The notes under the pieces are model-generated. The model searched no databases. It was given only the letters and a program-made list of their open reading frames with translations, and was not told the DNA's origin. The translations under genes and the position numbers were made by a program. Positions 1 through 9,435 of a stretch of 64,000 nt of DNA are shown here, piece by piece. This stretch comes from Minisyncoccia bacterium (lineage in GTDB: Bacteria; Patescibacteriota; Minisyncoccia; Phycocordibacterales; Phycocordibacteraceae). Positions within the stretch are counted from its first letter, which is position 1. The number at the start of each line of letters is the position of its first letter. The DNA lies in NCBI GenBank assembly GCA_038228545.1, contig JBBRPE010000001.1, forward strand, positions 110,924 to 174,923. The letters run 5' to 3'.

Positions 1-422
1 TCAGCTGCTGGTGCTTCTTCTACTGCGGGTACAGCAGCTTCTGCTTCTGCGGCAGCTTTCGCTGCAGCTTCAGCCTTTACTGCTTCCTCTGCTGCCTTTG
101 CGGCTGCAGCGGCGTCTTCAGCTGCCTTCTTCGCAATGTTCTTTCCGAGGTTAGCCTGCGAAACAACCTTAGAAGTCTTAGCGCCCTCGATTACGCCCTC
201 CTTTACGAGCAAGTTGTGAAGTGACGGAGAAACCTGAGCACCCTTAGAAATCCAGTCCTTGATAGCCTCAGGCTTCAGCGTTACCGCCTTGGTCTTTGGG
301 TTATAGGTACCAACAAGGTCGACATAGGAACCTGCCTTAGGGCCAGAGGCCTTCGGGAGTACAGCAATACGAAAGGCCGGGTCGTTCTTGCGGCCAATGC
401 GCTGGAATCGAATCATCAACAT
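1..422 (-). CDS. rpsP: 30S ribosomal protein S16 with Ala/Glu/Lys-rich C-terminal extension (3' end off window)
   Basis: Manual translation from ATG at 422: MLMIRFQRIGRKNDPAFRIAV...DLVGTYNPKTK...IKDWISKGAQVS (S16 motifs). Absent from the ORF track because it runs off the edge. Confidence 0.93.
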   Translation of the reverse strand, partial: MLMIRFQRIGRKNDPAFRIAVLPKASGPKAGSYVDLVGTYNPKTKAVTLKPEAIKDWISKGAQVSPSLHNLLVKEGVIEGAKTSKVVSQANLGKNIAKKAAEDAAAAAKAAEEAVKAEAAAKAAAEAEAAVPAVEEAPAA

Positions 423-473
423 AGTGAGGGGAAATGTAACAAAATAGGGCGTTTTGGTCAAATATAAGGAAAA

Positions 474-624
474 TGCGGCGGGCCAGTGTAGGGGGACCCG
501 CCGCACCTTGCTGTTCCGAATGTGAAATTCCGGAAGGAGCGTTTAGTCGATAGACCAAACATTACGGCTTTCGCGAGCGGTGGCGCGCGACCCGAATGCC
601 TATCCGCGTGCTCAACCCACGGAC
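474..624 (-). ncRNA. putative structured small RNA, copy D1
   Basis: Extended -10 TGGTATAGT at 631-639 (minus strand); 5' hairpin TCCGTGGGTTGAGCACGCGGA; internal hairpins; ends in GC stem TGCGGCGGG/CCCGCCGCA followed by TTTTCCTT. Confidence 0.5.
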
Positions 625-662
625 TACGGCACTATACCAGAACCGGTTTCAAGGTAAACAGA

Positions 663-751
663 TCGGCGGTCCCCTTGTAGGGACCGCCGTAGCTCTGCTA
701 ATCAGTGCCTCTTCTCAGAGGTACAGAGCTGTCCGGTGCTAACCCCGGAAC
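663..751 (-). ncRNA. putative structured small RNA, copy D2
   Basis: Extended -10 TGCTATGAT at 758-766 (minus strand); 5' hairpin TCCGGGGTTAGCACCGGA; AGCTCTG/CAGAGCT stem; 3' stem CGGCGGTCCC/GGGACCGCCG with CTACA loop as in D1. Confidence 0.5.
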
Positions 752-797
752 GTCGGCATCATAGCAGAAACAATCCTATCTGCTAAAGTAAGTACAA

Positions 798-2762
798 ATG
801 GCTGATGGCGCGACGTTCGAGGGACCCATAACTATTACCCGCACGGGTAAAGGTTTTTTTACCTATGATCCTGAACAGGAAGATGCATTCATTCCCGGAG
901 AAAATCTCGGAGGCGCTTTCCCTACTGACATAGTAAAAGTACAGCTGATGGGTAAAGAAAGTGACCCGCGTTCAGGAAAAATGCGCGAGATAGGAAAAGT
1001 AGTTGATATCGTCACACGCACGCGTGAATCATTCGTCGGCACACTCGTCGAAAATAAAGAGGACAACCTCACCATGCTTCAGCCCGATTGGAAGAAGATG
1101 TATGTGCCGTTTGTTGTTAAGGGAGACAGCCTTCCACTCGGACAGAAAGTACTTATCCGCTTTCAGGGGTGGGCAGCAAATCAGCCGTACCCGTGGGGCA
1201 CGCTCGAAGAAATCATCGGACCAGCCGGCGACCATGAGACCGAGATGCGCGCACTCGCGCTTTCACAAGGTTTCCATAGCAACTTCCCTCCTGGCGTTGT
1301 GAATCAGGCGGACGGTCTTGAAAAGACTGGCAAAGGACTTATTGCACAGGACGCCGAAGAAGGTATTCGCACCGGACGTCGGAAAGATTTCCGCGGTACT
1401 GTCACGTTCACTATTGACCCGTACGACGCGAAGGACTTCGACGACGCACTCTCAGTCAAGAAACTTGAGAACGGCAACACAGAAGTAGGTGTACACATTG
1501 CGGACGTTTCGTTCTTTGTGGTACCGGGAAGCTCGATAGATGACGAGGCGCGCAAGCGCGCAACGTCGGTCTACCTCGTCGACCGCACTATTCCCATGCT
1601 CCCTGAAGTGCTTTCTACCAATCTCTGCTCGCTCAATCCGAACGAGGACCGCCTTGCTGTGTCTGCAGTGTTCGAGCTGAACGACAACGGCGAGATAGTT
1701 TCTTCCTGGTTTGGCGAGAGTGTTATTCATTCCGACCGTCGCTTTACATATGAGGACGCTCAGGAAGTACTCGATACCGGCACGGGCGACTACCACGATG
1801 AGCTCGTCACCCTTCGCACGCTCGCATGGAAGATACGGGGACGACGCACCGACAAGGGTGCAATCGCATTTGATACACCTGAAGTAAAGGTAAAACTGAA
1901 TGACGAAGGCAAGCCTATTTCGATAGACCTAAAAGTACGCCAAGACACCAACATGTTGATTGAAGACTTCATGCTGCTCGCAAACGAAAACGTAGCGGCG
2001 ATGCTTACTGAAGCAGCAAAGAAAGCGCACCTCCAGAACTCAGTTATTTATCGTACGCATGACCTACCTGACGCAGAGCGTATTGAAAATCTTTCGCAGT
2101 TCCTCAAAGTCATGGGTTACCATCTCGAGACTACTGCGGGACGCGTGAAAGGTACCGACATCAATGCCCTGCTCGAGCAAGTAAAGGGAAAGCCGGAAGA
2201 ATATCTCATTAAGACGGCAACGCTTCGCTCGATGGCGAAGGCTGTCTACACGACGAAGAACGTCGGCCACTTCGGGCTCGCCTTTGAGTTCTACACGCAC
2301 TTCACGTCCCCCATTCGTCGCTACCCTGACCTCCTTATCCACCGCCTCGTGAAGCACACCAAGAACGGCGAGCCGTTCACGAGTGGACAGGTGGCAGAGC
2401 TTCCGGAACTTGCGACGCACTCAAGCGAACGTGAGCAAGCAGCAACCGAAGCTGAGCGCGATTCCATCAAGCTCAAGATTGTCGAATACATGGCAGACAA
2501 AGTGGGCGAGGAATTCGACGCGGTTATTTCCGGTGTGAACGACCGTGGCCTATACGTCGAACTCAACCTCACGCGTGCGGAAGGTATGATTCGCATCCGC
2601 GAGCTAGGCGACGATTATTTCATATACGACGAGAAGCATTACCGCATCGTCGGTGAACGTACCAAAAAGTCCTACGCACTCGGCGATCCTATCCGTGTGA
2701 AGCTGACAGAAGCGCGTCCGCTCGAACGTGAGCTCGACTTCGCACTCGTAGAAGCAACGTAA
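798..2762 (+). CDS. rnr: ribonuclease R (RNB family exoribonuclease)
   Basis: TIDPYDAKDFDDALS catalytic motif, HFTSPIRRYPDL, C-terminal S1 domain. Confidence 0.95.
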   Translation: MADGATFEGPITITRTGKGFFTYDPEQEDAFIPGENLGGAFPTDIVKVQLMGKESDPRSGKMREIGKVVDIVTRTRESFVGTLVENKEDNLTMLQPDWKKMYVPFVVKGDSLPLGQKVLIRFQGWAANQPYPWGTLEEIIGPAGDHETEMRALALSQGFHSNFPPGVVNQADGLEKTGKGLIAQDAEEGIRTGRRKDFRGTVTFTIDPYDAKDFDDALSVKKLENGNTEVGVHIADVSFFVVPGSSIDDEARKRATSVYLVDRTIPMLPEVLSTNLCSLNPNEDRLAVSAVFELNDNGEIVSSWFGESVIHSDRRFTYEDAQEVLDTGTGDYHDELVTLRTLAWKIRGRRTDKGAIAFDTPEVKVKLNDEGKPISIDLKVRQDTNMLIEDFMLLANENVAAMLTEAAKKAHLQNSVIYRTHDLPDAERIENLSQFLKVMGYHLETTAGRVKGTDINALLEQVKGKPEEYLIKTATLRSMAKAVYTTKNVGHFGLAFEFYTHFTSPIRRYPDLLIHRLVKHTKNGEPFTSGQVAELPELATHSSEREQAATEAERDSIKLKIVEYMADKVGEEFDAVISGVNDRGLYVELNLTRAEGMIRIRELGDDYFIYDEKHYRIVGERTKKSYALGDPIRVKLTEARPLERELDFALVEAT

Positions 2763-2831
2763 GTATTGACTAGACGTGTAAATGTGGTACAGTGGTACAA
2801 ACCCCTGTACATCTCATTCGAAGGAGAACAT

Positions 2832-3458
2832 ATGCCCACCGAGGACCCAAAGTCTCGCGCAGAGCTCAATAAGCTCGCACGGATGCTCGATCGTCCGGGC
2901 TTCATACCACAGACGAAAGACCCATTCCTGTTCAGCTTCATTGTACGAACTGCCCTGGCAAACGGCGTGAGTCCGCAAGACATCGTGGCCCACGCGAATA
3001 CACGCATCGACGTCGCGATACTGCGAGCCGTTGCGCAAGGTGATGACGTCATGATTCTGCCGCTACTCTGTGTTGATATCGTCCGCAACGGCATCCGGCC
3101 GCTACTGACGGAGAGCGGAGACTCGGTAAAACGTCTCGCTGACAAAGAAGTCGAACTTCTCCGCTGGACGTTCCGCGACTATCTGGCCAAGGAAATCAGT
3201 TTCGTCAACGAAGTCGAGACTGATCACGGCTTCGTCCAGCTTGTGAACACCGCAGTGGAGGGTTGTAGGCTTGATCCTTGGCAACTCGCCGAGAAATCCC
3301 CTGCACGAGCAACTGTCCGTGGAGGCTTCACGTCCGGCCAAGATATCGGAGGCTGGTCGCGAGGCGAAGGCCCGCTTCTCCCCAAGAAATACCGGGTTCA
3401 GTTCTTTACGGAAGCGGTTCTTCCGGTTCTCGAGAAAGTGCTCAACATCACGGACTAA
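2832..3458 (+). CDS. hypothetical protein
   Basis: Long ORF. AAGGAG SD precedes ATG 2832; TTGACT-N16-TACAGT promoter at 2766-2793; own terminator downstream. Confidence 0.7.
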   Translation: MPTEDPKSRAELNKLARMLDRPGFIPQTKDPFLFSFIVRTALANGVSPQDIVAHANTRIDVAILRAVAQGDDVMILPLLCVDIVRNGIRPLLTESGDSVKRLADKEVELLRWTFRDYLAKEISFVNEVETDHGFVQLVNTAVEGCRLDPWQLAEKSPARATVRGGFTSGQDIGGWSRGEGPLLPKKYRVQFFTEAVLPVLEKVLNITD

Positions 3459-3460
3459 CA

Positions 3461-3508
3461 GTCCCACTGCCCTCTCTTTGGCTTGCCAGAGAGAGGGTGG
3501 ACTTTTTT
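3461..3508 (+). terminator. intrinsic terminator between convergent genes
   Basis: CCCTCTCTTTGGC/GCCAGAGAGAGGG stem followed by a T-run. Confidence 0.7.
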
Positions 3509-4718
3509 AGGCCTCGAGTATGCGGGTTACGGCAAGCGCATACGCAGCTTCGCGAAGCGTGATGTTTCGTTCTGCGGCGAAGTCCGCGACGTCGCGATAC
3601 GCATCTTCCATAGTGGTCTTTAGACGCTCTTCCACTTCTGCCCGCGTCCACGTTTCCCCTGACTTGTTTTGAAGCCATTCGAAATACGAAACGGTTACGC
3701 CACCGGCGTTCGCAAGCACATCAGGAATGACGATAATACCGTTCTCTGTGAGCGCCGCATCAGCTATAGGTGTCACCGGACCGTTCGCTATTTCAAGCAC
3801 GACGCCTGCCTGTACGCGCCCAACATTGTCGTCGCGTATCTGTTCCTCGAGTGCTGCAGGGATGATGATATCGGCCGGAATGGTGAAAATGGAATCGGCA
3901 GGAAGCTTCTCGCCTTCTGCTTCGTGTACGGAACCTTTTTCTTCTTTCACAGAAAGCACATGCTCAACATCAAGACCCTTCGGATTTGCGATTGTGCCGT
4001 GCGAATCCGCAATGGCAACAACGCGAGCGCCGCTTTGTGCAAGCAGGCGTGCTGCCTGTGCACCAGCATTCCCTGCTCCCTGAACACTTGCAGTGAGATT
4101 CTCGAGCGAACGATGCTGATCGCGCAGAAGTGCATCAAGTACTATGACTGCGCCGTCTGCTGTCGCTGTGTCGCGGCCTTCGCTTCCACCCTTATCAAGT
4201 GGCTTCCCCGTAATGAATGCGGGCGACGGCTTCCCGGTGATTTTTTCATATTCGTCGAGCATGACCGCCATGATTTCAGGAGTCGTGTACACATCAGGTG
4301 CAGGCACGTCTACGTCTGGTCCGAGGTGGTCGGCAAATGCTCGCACAAAAGCACGTGCCACTTCATGTATTTCATTCTTTGAATGCGTGCGTGGGTCAAA
4401 CGCAACACCGCCCTTCGCGCCACCGAATGGAATGTCTACAACGGCACACTTAATAGCCATCATCGCGGCAAGCGCCGAGACCTCGTCTTCGTCTGCGTCC
4501 GGATGGAAACGAATACCACCCTTGTAGGGTCCACGAGCATTATTAAACTGCACGCGATACGCAGGATACGTAGCGGTGCTTCCGTCGTCGCGCGTAATAG
4601 TCAGGTCTGCCTTGAGCACGCGGTCAGGTGTTTCAAGACGCGCACGGTCTTCTTCTGAAAGCCCGAGGAGCTCTGCTGCTCGGTCCATATTCTGCTTGAA
4701 GTATTCAAATGCGGCCAT
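3507..4718 (-). CDS. gdhA: Glu/Leu/Phe/Val dehydrogenase (glutamate dehydrogenase)
   Basis: RGPYKGGIRFHP, GGAKGG, DVPAPDV, PDVLANAGGVTVSYFEW. Confidence 0.93.
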   Translation of the reverse strand: MAAFEYFKQNMDRAAELLGLSEEDRARLETPDRVLKADLTITRDDGSTATYPAYRVQFNNARGPYKGGIRFHPDADEDEVSALAAMMAIKCAVVDIPFGGAKGGVAFDPRTHSKNEIHEVARAFVRAFADHLGPDVDVPAPDVYTTPEIMAVMLDEYEKITGKPSPAFITGKPLDKGGSEGRDTATADGAVIVLDALLRDQHRSLENLTASVQGAGNAGAQAARLLAQSGARVVAIADSHGTIANPKGLDVEHVLSVKEEKGSVHEAEGEKLPADSIFTIPADIIIPAALEEQIRDDNVGRVQAGVVLEIANGPVTPIADAALTENGIIVIPDVLANAGGVTVSYFEWLQNKSGETWTRAEVEERLKTTMEDAYRDVADFAAERNITLREAAYALAVTRILEA

Positions 4719-4782
4719 ATTCTTCTCTGGTGACTGCTATCAGAGAATCTTACGCCTCTCCAGGAATCGGTCTATGGGGATA

Positions 4783-4962
4783 GCTTCGCTCGGGGTAGTA
4801 AGAATCTCCGCAACTTCGACACTCACGTGTCGCACTTCACATAGTCCCCTCGTAGCGAAAACTCCCTAAAGCACTTCGTTAGTCGGGAGTTTTCTCCTCG
4901 GCTCATTGTGAAGTTGCTCTGCGTTCGGAATAGCGGATATTCTTTACTACCCATCGCTACGC
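4783..4962 (+). repeat. rod-like structured repeat, family B copy 1
   Basis: Nested stems GGGTAGTAAGAAT/ATTCTTTACTACCC, CTTCACA/TGTGAAG, GAAAACTCCC/GGGAGTTTTC. Homologous to 9436-9611 (minus strand). Confidence 0.8.
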
Positions 4963-4964
4963 GA

Positions 4965-5147
4965 GAAACGGAAGGAGTTTGTGTGGATGAAGGAAATTAA
5001 CTGGAAGCAGCCGAAGCGGAAAGAGTTTTGGAAAGAAATAGCCGACCGAGGTCCTCGAGTGGCGGTATTTCTTGAACGAAAGGACTATCCGCTTCGTGTC
5101 GCCCTGGAACGCCGGAGTTTTCCGTCATCCGCGCACACGAGTGTAGC
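4965..5147 (-). repeat. rod-like structured repeat, family A copy 1
   Basis: Long imperfect hairpin whose core GAAAGAAATAnCCGACCGAGGTCCTCGAGTGGCGGTATTTCTTGAACGAAA is shared with 24719-24897. Confidence 0.85.
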
Positions 5148-7379
5148 CTATTTTGCGACCGCAGCAGCTTCTTCAAATTTAACTGAAAGTAGTTTACTGA
5201 TACCATCCGCGCCCATAGTGACGCCGTAGAGTATTCCGGCGCGCGACATAGTCTCGCGGTTGTGGGTGATGACGATGAGCTGGGATTTCTTGGCAAGCTC
5301 TTCAATCATGTCGCCGTAACGGCGCGAGTTTGCCTCGTCGAGTGCTGCGTCCGTCTCGTCGAGTATGAGGAACGGTGGCGGATTCACCTGACTCATAGCA
5401 AAAATAAGTGCGATAGACGTAAGTGCACGCTCACCGCCAGAAAGTTGCATGAGTGACTGCACGCGCTTCTTCGGCAAATGTACGGAAATTTCAATACCGG
5501 GCTTGCCCTGCTTCTTTGTTTTCTTCCCTGATATTTCTTCGTCTTCGTAGGTTTCGTCTTCATCGTCTTCCTCAATAGCATCCTGTTCCTCAAGGATGAG
5601 CTTTGCGCCACCGCCGCCAAACATAATGCCAAAGTATTCGCCGAAGGAATGATTTACCTGCGCGAGACCTTCAGCGAACGTTTTTGTAAGTTCGTCGTCG
5701 AGGTCAGTAATAAGTCCTGCCAAGCCCTCTGCAGACTTTGCGAGGTCTGCAAGCTCGCGTGCAAGAAATTCTTCGCGTTCGGTTGCTTCCGTGTATTCTC
5801 GCTTTACATCTTCACCAGTGCCGCCCGCTTCTTCCACACGAATCTTGAGACGTTCGAGAGTACGCTTTCGCATCTCCTGCACGGAACGCTCTTCGCTCGA
5901 TATTTCTTCCTGTTCATGATTAAACGCACTCGCTCCTGCAAGCGAGAGTACTTCCGCCCTATCGCGCTCAAGTTCGTCCGCGAGACTCTGGAGCTCGCGC
6001 ACACGGTAGTCTTCGCGAGCAACACTTCCTTCTTCACGGGCTTTCGTTTCTGCAAGTCCGAGGATGCGTCGCTTTTCTTCGCGGCCAGTCTCTTCATAGG
6101 CAAGTGCCGTCTCACGCGCTTTCATAAGCACGCTACGCGCCTTCTCGACAGCACCCTCGAGCTCGGCGTCCTTCTTCATGAGCTCGGTACGCTCGTTCTC
6201 GAGCTGATAGACCGTATTCTCCTCATCCTTGAGATAGTCGTCGTTTGGAGCCGCGTAACGGTCAAAGAAGGCAGCAACAGCAGCACGTAGTCCTTGGAGG
6301 GCTGCACGTATCGCGCCTGGTTCCGCCTGTTCCGTTTCGACAATCTTGGACTGTTTCTCCACTTCTTCGCGAAGCGTAGAGAGATCCTCACGGGTGACTT
6401 TCACGTACGGCTCGCGCGCGATAGCCGCCGTGCGTTTCTTTGCTTCATGGAGCCCGCCTTCGATGCGACCTATCTCGCGGGAAAGCGTGGAGCGTTCGCT
6501 CCCGATACGATCCACCTCACGCTCAGCCATTCGAATAGCTTCACTACGCTTCATACTCTCAGAGTCGCCGGTAACACCCTCGTCAAAGACTGCAAGTTCA
6601 GCGCTTGCGGTCGCGAGCTTCTCTGCTGCCACCATCTTGCGCTTAGCGGCATGCTCACGCTCCGACTCAATGTAGTTTTCCTCGACAGCGAAGTAGGTGC
6701 GAGCGAGCGATGCGAGCTCGTTCATGAGTTCTTCCGCGCGCTCTACCTTCTCTACTTGTTTCTGAAGGAAGCGGATGTGCGGAGCTATCTCTCGCCTAAG
6801 TGCTTCTACCTCACGGACATTATCCTGCGTGCGATCGAGTTTGCGTTCTGCTTCCTGTTTCTTGAATTCAAAAACTTTCAGACCAAGTGCATCTTCGAGC
6901 ATGGCGCGCCGCTCACGCGGATGTGCAAGCAAGATGCGGTCTGCCCCCCCCTGCGAGATGATGTGATGGCCTGTTTCGCCGATATTTGCTGACGCGAGAA
7001 GTTCCTGCACATCGCGCAAACGTACCTTCGAGCCGTTGATGAGGTATTCGGAAGACCCGTCTCGGAAAACAGCACGCTCAATCGTGACTTCCTCAAAGTC
7101 GAGCTTCGGGAATATGCGCTTGCGGTTATCGAATACGATAGCAACGGATGCGCGGTTGGAACGTGGTGTGGAATTAGACCCGCTCCATATAAGGTCTTCA
7201 CTGCGCTTGCCGCGCATGGATTTCATAGACTGTTCGCCAAGAGCAAAGCGGAACGCTTCAGCGACATTTGATTTACCCGAACCATTAGGCCCCACTATCG
7301 AAGTGGTTGCATTAGAAAAATCCAGAATCGTCTTTTTCGCGAACGATTTAAAGCCGACTATCTCGAGCCGTTTCAACAT
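5148..7379 (-). CDS. smc: SMC-family ATPase, short form (~743 aa)
   Basis: LKRLEIVGFKSF start, Walker A GPNGSGKSN, signature LSGGE, Walker B ILDETDAALD, coiled coils. Start moved to ATG 7379, which follows TATACT. Confidence 0.88.
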   Translation of the reverse strand: MLKRLEIVGFKSFAKKTILDFSNATTSIVGPNGSGKSNVAEAFRFALGEQSMKSMRGKRSEDLIWSGSNSTPRSNRASVAIVFDNRKRIFPKLDFEEVTIERAVFRDGSSEYLINGSKVRLRDVQELLASANIGETGHHIISQGGADRILLAHPRERRAMLEDALGLKVFEFKKQEAERKLDRTQDNVREVEALRREIAPHIRFLQKQVEKVERAEELMNELASLARTYFAVEENYIESEREHAAKRKMVAAEKLATASAELAVFDEGVTGDSESMKRSEAIRMAEREVDRIGSERSTLSREIGRIEGGLHEAKKRTAAIAREPYVKVTREDLSTLREEVEKQSKIVETEQAEPGAIRAALQGLRAAVAAFFDRYAAPNDDYLKDEENTVYQLENERTELMKKDAELEGAVEKARSVLMKARETALAYEETGREEKRRILGLAETKAREEGSVAREDYRVRELQSLADELERDRAEVLSLAGASAFNHEQEEISSEERSVQEMRKRTLERLKIRVEEAGGTGEDVKREYTEATEREEFLARELADLAKSAEGLAGLITDLDDELTKTFAEGLAQVNHSFGEYFGIMFGGGGAKLILEEQDAIEEDDEDETYEDEEISGKKTKKQGKPGIEISVHLPKKRVQSLMQLSGGERALTSIALIFAMSQVNPPPFLILDETDAALDEANSRRYGDMIEELAKKSQLIVITHNRETMSRAGILYGVTMGADGISKLLSVKFEEAAAVAK

Positions 7380-7493
7380 TACGAAAAGTATACCGCATCG
7401 AACTCTCTCAGAGATAGCGCTGGAACGAGTATTTCCCAAATAAAAGAATTTCTAGAAATCGGAGGCTCTTGTATGTTGAAGATACAAGCGTAC

Positions 7494-8180
7494 CTACCAG
7501 CCCATCTTGTCGAGTGCAGCTTGTGCAGCATCCTGCTCTGCCTCTTGCTTACTCTTCCCTGCTCCGCGTGCGAATTCTTCTTCACCCAAAAATGCACCTA
7601 CCGTAAAGACTCGGTCATGATCCGGACCTTCTTCAGAAAGTGTCTTGTAGGACGGTGTGATGCTTTTCTTTTCCTGACCTGCTTCCTGGAAGCGGCTCTT
7701 TGCATCCTGGTACCCCTTGTTCTCGATTATGGAATCAATCTTTGGATAAAGCGTGCGTGCAACGAACGCTTCGGCCGCTTCGTAGCCCTGGTCCAAGTAG
7801 ATGCTTCCAAGTACTGCTTCAAAGGCATTCGCAAGGATAATGTCGCGTGCACGACCAGTGTCCTTCGCTTCACCTTTCGAAAGAAGGAGCATGTCGTTAA
7901 GACCAAGGAGCTTTGCACTTTCCGCGAGAGAGACGGTGTTCACAAGTGCGGCACGATACGCCGTGAGATCGCCCTCCGGCTTCATTGGAAATTTATTGAA
8001 AAGGTAGTGCGTGCTTGCGAGCTCGAGCACGGCATCACCGAGAAATTCGAGGCGTTCGTTGTGCGGTCCTGTCGCCTTATGCTCATTTAAATAGGAACGA
8101 TGCGTAAGCGCCTCGACCAGTAAGTCGAGGTTTTTGTAGCTAAGCCCCAGCTGGGCTGCGTATCCGCTGAATTCCGCCAT
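7494..8180 (-). CDS. rnc: ribonuclease III
   Basis: NERLEFLGDAVL signature, dsRBD C-terminus (GKSKQEAEQDAA). Confidence 0.96.
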   Translation of the reverse strand: MAEFSGYAAQLGLSYKNLDLLVEALTHRSYLNEHKATGPHNERLEFLGDAVLELASTHYLFNKFPMKPEGDLTAYRAALVNTVSLAESAKLLGLNDMLLLSKGEAKDTGRARDIILANAFEAVLGSIYLDQGYEAAEAFVARTLYPKIDSIIENKGYQDAKSRFQEAGQEKKSITPSYKTLSEEGPDHDRVFTVGAFLGEEEFARGAGKSKQEAEQDAAQAALDKMGW

Positions 8181-8228
8181 ATGCCCGTAGATTATCGCAA
8201 AACGCTGTAAACGCCAGCGGGTCTTTTT

Positions 8229-8278
8229 TTCAACTATCACCTCTTTGTGACGACCGTCACAAAGAGGTGATAGTTGAA
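8229..8278. repeat. perfect 24-bp inverted repeat
   Basis: TTCAACTATCACCTCTTTGTGACG-AC-CGTCACAAAGAGGTGATAGTTGAA. Confidence 0.9.
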
Positions 8279-8358
8279 GGTTGCGTGAAGGTAGCGTGAG
8301 GGTCGCAGAAGTTGGTTGAAGCTGATTGAAATTGATTGAAATGAGGAGTGGCAGCCGT

Positions 8359-8400
8359 AAAGAATCCAGGCGCGAATACTATTCGCGCCTGGATTCTTTT
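8359..8400 (-). terminator. intrinsic terminator after nusB
   Basis: AAAGAATCCAGGCGCGAAT-ACT-ATTCGCGCCTGGATTCTTT. Confidence 0.75.
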
Positions 8401-8428
8401 AGACCAACTCCGAGGTGTTGGTTTTAAA

Positions 8429-9331
8429 TTACGAGGAACGCGGTCGGTCGAGGAGTTTTTGGACGGCCGCAGTGACAATCGGAAGCATGTCGTCATAGAA
8501 GTTCAAATCGAGTATGTCGGGAAGACGGAACCACTTTGCATCATCGAGTCCACCGCTTTTTTTAAGCGTTAGCGTTTCAAACTCCGTCGAGACTAGGAAG
8601 AAATACACGTGCTTGCGTATCTTTCCCTTTTCCGGATGCGAGGCGACATATTCGTTCTCGCCAATCTGGTCTTCTACTTTGACGTTCATAAGCCCAAGCT
8701 CTTCGCCCACAACACGCGCCACGCCCACTTCCGGAGTTGGGTCTCCTTCTATATGACCCTTTGAGAGCGTCCAGCGCCCGAAGATGTCATGCACCAGCGC
8801 GAGGTAGTACTGGCCATCATGGAGTGCGTACACGATTGCGCCACCAAGCTTTTCAAGAGGAAGGTCTTCGCGCTTCACACGATCCTTCTTCCCTATCTCG
8901 TCTTTACCCGGTTCACCGAGCTCTTTGTAGACCGCACCGAGAACGCCGTTTACGAAACGACCCGAAGAGTCACCGCCGAATACCTTTGCAAGTTCAATTG
9001 CTTCGTTTATAGCTACCTTTGCCGGTACCTGCGTACGGTCAGCAAAAAGAAGTTCATAAAGCCCGATACGGAGTATGTTGCGATCAACTGGCGCAATCTT
9101 ATCGAGCGGCCAATCAGGCGCGGCTTTCTCAATGACCATATCAAGGTCGGGCTTTTTGGCGAGTACGCCATCGAGGAGAGTTTTCATAAAAGGCTGGTCG
9201 GTATCATCGCCGCCGAACTCGTCGACGTTGCGTGCGAGCATTTCTGCTGCACCTTTTGCGTCGGCACTAGTTGTGTCCCACTCAAAGAGTGTTTGCAAAA
9301 CTACCGAACGTGCTAGATGCCTGTTGGCCAT
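8429..9331 (-). CDS. nusB: transcription antitermination factor NusB fused to a C-terminal NUDIX-like domain
   Basis: NRHLARSVVLQTLFE, VDRNILR, VAINEAIELAK, FVNGVLG, then WTLSKGHIE...EELGL. Confidence 0.92.
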   Translation of the reverse strand: MANRHLARSVVLQTLFEWDTTSADAKGAAEMLARNVDEFGGDDTDQPFMKTLLDGVLAKKPDLDMVIEKAAPDWPLDKIAPVDRNILRIGLYELLFADRTQVPAKVAINEAIELAKVFGGDSSGRFVNGVLGAVYKELGEPGKDEIGKKDRVKREDLPLEKLGGAIVYALHDGQYYLALVHDIFGRWTLSKGHIEGDPTPEVGVARVVGEELGLMNVKVEDQIGENEYVASHPEKGKIRKHVYFFLVSTEFETLTLKKSGGLDDAKWFRLPDILDLNFYDDMLPIVTAAVQKLLDRPRSS

Positions 9332-9435
9332 ATGAAAGAGCTGTATGAGTAGGATACCCTACTTTGGAAAAGTGCATTGCACTCATGCAATGCATCATGT
9401 GTATATCGAAAGGAAACAAAACGGAGAAAATCGAA

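Noticed and set aside
337-558. 73-aa ORF and the many other short ORFs overlapping identified genes
   Set aside because: Alternative-frame or antisense ORFs without recognisable motifs; this one overlaps rpsP and the D1 RNA candidate.
4981-5229. 82-aa ORF and the similar N-terminus of the 24775-25545 ORF (KEIxDRGPRVAVFLER)
   Set aside because: The similarity comes from the family A non-coding repeat; the rest of each ORF is antisense to smc or gyrB.
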